Shown here piece after piece: positions 29,252 through 33,376 of a stretch of 33,376 nucleotides of DNA. Both the position numbers and the translations under genes were made by a program. The first letter of the stretch is position 1; every line of letters begins with the position of its first letter. This stretch comes from Chrysochromulina tobinii (Eukaryota). Location: assembly GCA_001275005.1 (NCBI GenBank), contig JWZX01002923.1:1-33376 (forward strand), read 5' to 3'. A model generated the notes under the pieces. The model made no database searches. It had not been told where the DNA came from and worked only from the letters and a program-made list of their open reading frames with translations.

Positions 29252-32200
29252 ATGGAGGGCGCCAGCCCAAAGGCGCGGGCTGAGAACTTCAGCCACCGCT
29301 ACTCTCACCTGTGCGAGAGCAATACCATCGAGGAATGGTACCGCACCTTTTGTCAATTTGACCGTGATGGTAGCGGCGACGTCGACCTCAAGGAGGTCGG
29401 CCTCATGTTCCGGCAGCTCGGGCAGACACCCACCGAGGCGGAAATGCTCGCGATGATAGAGGCAGTCGACGCGGACGGGTCGGGCACCATCGACTTTGAG
29501 GAGTTCTGCTTGATGATGCTGCGCATGAAGCGCCATGGGGCGATGCCCGCATGGCTCTCCGCCCTCTTCATCGACTTACATCCCGATGAGATCGGAAAGG
29601 CGCTCGCCAACGGCGTGGCACCGCCGCCGGCCGCGCCGCGGAGCGTGGCTGTCCGCGGCGTGTACTACCTGACGTCGCCGCAGCGTGGCGGCACGGCCGT
29701 GAAGGCGGCGATCGCCGCGTCGACGCCTGGCAAGGATGAGTCCAAGCCCGGCCCAGGCTTCGTGGCCAATCCGCCGCCGGGCGAGGCGATCACGCGCGAG
29801 CACCTGCTCATCGTGAGTGACCTGCTACCCGCGAGCAAGTCGTGCGTCTCGCTCTCGCTCGCGGGCCACGGTCCGCTGATGGGCCCCTTTGTCGCGGGCG
29901 AGGTGGCTCGCGGCCTGGTGCGACTCAACCGCACGCTCACGTCGCTCGACATGACAGGGTGCAACGTGGGCGACGAGGGTGCCGCGGAGTTTGCAGAGGC
30001 AATCAAGGTCAATTCGACGCTCACCTCGCTCTCGCTCGGCGCGAACAACATCGGGAAAGAGGGCGGCAACGCGCTCCTCGAGGCGCTGCGCTCGCCGCCC
30101 GCGCCCCCGATCGACGCCGCACAGCCAAAGGGAAGGAAGAAGAGTTCCGACCTCGATCGGATGAGCGACCGAATGGTCGTCCACGGGCTACGCGAACTCA
30201 ACCTCGAGGGCAATGCCATAGGTGAGGAGCTGTTCGACGCGATCCAGCAGCAGCTTCTGCTCAAAAACCTGCCGCGCCTCTTTGCGAGCTGCCTCAAGGG
30301 CTGCGGCAAGGACGAATCAGGCGCGAGCAAGAAGAACCGAGGCTCGCCCTCGCCGCAGCCACCTGCGGAGCCGCCGTCGCTGCTGGCCTCGCCCGTGAAC
30401 GCGACGCCGGAGCCCTCGGTGCGCCTCCGCCAGGAGTGGCTGTCCGAGTCGCACGCGGCTGCTCTGCAGCTCGAGCTGCTCCACGCCGGGGTGCGTTCGC
30501 TTGAGCTGCACGAATGCACGCGCTTCGCCGGCGCGGGGCTGACGGGCCTGCTCGCACCCATGGCGACACCCGTGTCGCCGCTCGCGACACTTATGTACCT
30601 GAAGCTCTCGGGCTGTCACATAGACGACGGGGCGGTCGCCGCACTCGTGAGTGCCATCGGGCGTGGCGATCTGCGCACGCTCCACTCATTGCTGCTCGAT
30701 CACAACACGATCTCGCTTGGGTATACGTCGGCGGCAGGCGCGGCTGCCGCCGAGGGCGGCACATCCTCGCTGTCACTCACCGGCGCGAATCCTGTGGGCG
30801 TCGATTTCGGGCGCGCACTGACTCAGCTGCCCGAGTTGATCGAAGTGGACTTGTCCTCCAACGCCAACGTGACAGACCCCTTTGCGGCTCGCTTCATCGG
30901 CGCATTGCTCGTCGCGGGTAGCGCGCTGCGCAGCGTGCACCTTGGTGCTACCAAGGCGGGCGATGCATGCGCCGATGCCGTCGCTGCCGCGTGGTCCCTT
31001 CAGCCCCCCATCGCGCTGCGCTGCCTGTGCCTCTCCTCCCTCGTGAGCGACACGGGGGCGCGCGCTCTCGCGGCGGCGTTGCCTCGGGCCACGGCGCTGC
31101 GTGAGCTGCTGCTCGGAGATAAGATCAGCTCGAATGGTGTGGTCGCGCTCACGGACGTATGGAAGGACCGCGCGGCGTGCACGAGCTGCCAGCTCAGCAG
31201 CCTCGTGCTGGGCGGCGAGGTGCGCTCGGGCGTCCTCCTTCGCAACGCCATCGACGCAGAAGCCATCGAAGCTCTTGCCAACCTGCCGAGATCATTTGCG
31301 TCGCTCACTGACCTGCGGTTGAGTGGCAACGATCGGATCGGCGCCGAGGCATGCGTACGGCTCCTTGCCTGCCTCGAAGGCTCGAGTGCGAAGCGGTGTA
31401 CGCTGCGCACGCTGCACATTGACAACTGCGGCTTGACCAAAGAGCATGCCACCGCATTCCTAGAGGCCCTCGATCACGTGTGGGTGCTCACAGCGCTCAA
31501 GGCGGACAACGACGCTACCTTCGCGGCGGCGGCCGGCTCCAAGCCGGGGACCCCTGGCTCGCCCGGCTCGCGCGGTGGGCTTCTAGGCGCGATGCATGGC
31601 GAGAGTGCGAGCAGTGGAAAGCGCTCGTCGATCAAGTTCGGAGCTCCTGCTGCTGGCGCGCCAACGGGCGGCGGCGGTGAGGTCGCCCGCGTCTTCACAC
31701 TGCAGCAGCGCCTGAGCATGTCCAGGGTTCTCGAGGAGAACCGAACGATGGGGCCACGCCGTGTCGAGAACTGGCGCCTCTCGCGGTCGCTCGAGGAGGT
31801 CGCGTGGGTCTTTTCGAAGCTGTGTCACAACGTGCCCAAACCGATCGTCGACGCTGGACTCTCGGCATGGACGGGAACAGAGTGTGCCCACTTTGTGCGC
31901 AACCTCGGGCTGGAGCAGTATGCGGAGTCCTTCGAGTTCAACTTGCGGGGCCCGATGCTGCGCTCGCTCGTGATGCCGCAGCTGGCGCAGCTGGGCGTGC
32001 GCAACTTCAGCCACCAGAAGCGTATCATGGAGGGTGTGCGTGACCTGCTCGGCGCGTTCGAGCGCAAGGACCGTGTGGCGAAGGCACAATCCGCTTGGTC
32101 CAACCTGCTCACAGGCAAGGCAGGCACGCCTCCTCACACTGAGGACCTCGCCGAGATGCACGCCTATGGCGACTTGAAGCCGACGACCGCCACAGGGCCG

Positions 32201-32887
32201 CACCACCACACGCCCGAACGCAAGCCGCTGGCACACGGCGGCCGCGCCGTAACTGAGCCCGCACGGCACTCGATGAAGGGCGCCGCCGCGGCGACGGACG
32301 CCGCGGCCAGCCCGCCGCTGGCGCCGCTCGTCAGCGGCAGCGCCGAGGGAAAGGCCAAGCGCACCGGTACGGCGCTGTACACGATGCAGTCTTCGCCCGC
32401 CTCCCTTCCCGTCGACCTGCGCCTGCCGCGCATCGCGTCGCTGAAGCACCACAGCACGTTCGAGCACGAGGCCACGCGCGAGGACAAGCCGCGCTCGCTG
32501 CCGAAGCCGTCGGTGGTGATGCCGGCGCTGAGCGGCGCCTTGGGAGGCAGCTTGGTGGAGCAGGCGCAGTGGAAGGAGCTCGCCATCTCGTATGGCCTTC
32601 ACCTCGTGCCGGACACGCGAGATCTACTCCACGACAACCTGCAGTCGGTGCTGCGCGACCTACCGCCGCCGCCGCCGCCGCCAAAGGCCCATCCAGACCT
32701 CGATGAGGAACTTGCCCTCGTGAAGCAGAAGCAGCATCCCACACGCCAGCCGACCGACCTTGGTACGTCGCCCTCGCTTCCCATGCTCTCGCCCGGACGG
32801 CCAGGCGCCCGCAACTGGGTCACCTTTCTGCATGGTGCCCCTGTCAAGGCGGGCACCAAGCCGCCATCAGTCGCTCGAGCGGGCTGA
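29252..32887 (+). CDS. EF-hand pair + RI-type leucine-rich repeats + SAM domain protein (~1211 aa)
   Basis: EF loops DRDGSGDVDLKE and DADGSGTIDFEE; LRRs such as NRTLTSLDMTGCNVGDEGA and NSTLTSLSLGANNIGKEGG; SAM WTGTECAHFVRNLGLEQYAESF..NLRGPML..L...QLAQLGV..FSHQKRIM at ~31859-32050. Confidence 0.85.
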   Translation: MEGASPKARAENFSHRYSHLCESNTIEEWYRTFCQFDRDGSGDVDLKEVGLMFRQLGQTPTEAEMLAMIEAVDADGSGTIDFEEFCLMMLRMKRHGAMPAWLSALFIDLHPDEIGKALANGVAPPPAAPRSVAVRGVYYLTSPQRGGTAVKAAIAASTPGKDESKPGPGFVANPPPGEAITREHLLIVSDLLPASKSCVSLSLAGHGPLMGPFVAGEVARGLVRLNRTLTSLDMTGCNVGDEGAAEFAEAIKVNSTLTSLSLGANNIGKEGGNALLEALRSPPAPPIDAAQPKGRKKSSDLDRMSDRMVVHGLRELNLEGNAIGEELFDAIQQQLLLKNLPRLFASCLKGCGKDESGASKKNRGSPSPQPPAEPPSLLASPVNATPEPSVRLRQEWLSESHAAALQLELLHAGVRSLELHECTRFAGAGLTGLLAPMATPVSPLATLMYLKLSGCHIDDGAVAALVSAIGRGDLRTLHSLLLDHNTISLGYTSAAGAAAAEGGTSSLSLTGANPVGVDFGRALTQLPELIEVDLSSNANVTDPFAARFIGALLVAGSALRSVHLGATKAGDACADAVAAAWSLQPPIALRCLCLSSLVSDTGARALAAALPRATALRELLLGDKISSNGVVALTDVWKDRAACTSCQLSSLVLGGEVRSGVLLRNAIDAEAIEALANLPRSFASLTDLRLSGNDRIGAEACVRLLACLEGSSAKRCTLRTLHIDNCGLTKEHATAFLEALDHVWVLTALKADNDATFAAAAGSKPGTPGSPGSRGGLLGAMHGESASSGKRSSIKFGAPAAGAPTGGGGEVARVFTLQQRLSMSRVLEENRTMGPRRVENWRLSRSLEEVAWVFSKLCHNVPKPIVDAGLSAWTGTECAHFVRNLGLEQYAESFEFNLRGPMLRSLVMPQLAQLGVRNFSHQKRIMEGVRDLLGAFERKDRVAKAQSAWSNLLTGKAGTPPHTEDLAEMHAYGDLKPTTATGPHHHTPERKPLAHGGRAVTEPARHSMKGAAAATDAAASPPLAPLVSGSAEGKAKRTGTALYTMQSSPASLPVDLRLPRIASLKHHSTFEHEATREDKPRSLPKPSVVMPALSGALGGSLVEQAQWKELAISYGLHLVPDTRDLLHDNLQSVLRDLPPPPPPPKAHPDLDEELALVKQKQHPTRQPTDLGTSPSLPMLSPGRPGARNWVTFLHGAPVKAGTKPPSVARAG

Positions 32888-33376
32888 CGCGGTGCGTGCA
32901 GTTTGACGCGTACCAGCTACCAGGCTACCAGCGCGGAACGTGCCGAATCCACTGGCCGACCTGCGCGGCGGCCTGTGAGCGGCTCAGTGAGCGGCCTGTG
33001 CGCGGCGTGTGCGGGCGTCTTGTAACGTAATGGCGTATCGAGCCTGATCGTGCGACGAACGTGTGGGCTCGCGGCGCGCTAGCGGCGCGCGCGGTTGGCT
33101 TCGTTGGGTCTTATTTATGTGGTTTTGTCAGGTCACGTGTTATCCTACCGCGCGCGCCCGCCCCGCCTCGAGCCGTTGCGTTAAGTATCGTATCTCCGAA
33201 CCGCGCCACCGCAGGTCCGCGCACCCCGCGCCTCCCGGTCCCGCGCCGCCGCGGGCGCGCCGGTGCCGGACGGACGTCGGTTATTACCGCACACCTTGTG
33301 AAAATTCGTCCCAGGTTTCCCGAGTTCTAGCGACCCTCTTTTTGTCTAAGGGGCGGGCACGGAGCGTTGCTGCCGG

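Overview
This is a gene-dense, very GC/CpG-rich eukaryotic window with short GT-AG spliceosomal introns. It comes from a flagellated alga with a complex plastid: it has an axonemal dynein IC2 and proteins with signal-peptide-plus-transit leaders. Haptophyte-like is my inference, not proven. I can support about 14 protein-coding loci: Rac GTPase, DHHC palmitoyltransferase, a polyproline membrane protein, DNAI2/IC2, a Mu-like GST, a NIFK/Nop15-like RRM protein, a GPX-fold protein, LTV1, an uncharacterised Cys-motif protein, two giant low-complexity ORFs that look like one interrupted ~8 kb gene, a tandem HMG-box protein, a coiled-coil protein and an EF-hand/LRR/SAM protein. I recognised no tRNA, rRNA, CRISPR array or transposase. 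Best leads: (1) a two-HMG-box protein with a plastid-type bipartite leader, a candidate TFAM/HBD1-like plastid nucleoid protein; (2) a cysteine-free GPX-fold protein with a signal peptide plus twin-arginine (thylakoid lumen) leader; (3) a tail-anchored Mu-class GST with its catalytic Tyr replaced by Cys; (4) the 8 kb gene broken by one TAA and a C7 frameshift with coding-like sequence between them. All family assignments come from motif recognition by eye, with no database search, and all intron calls are predictions.
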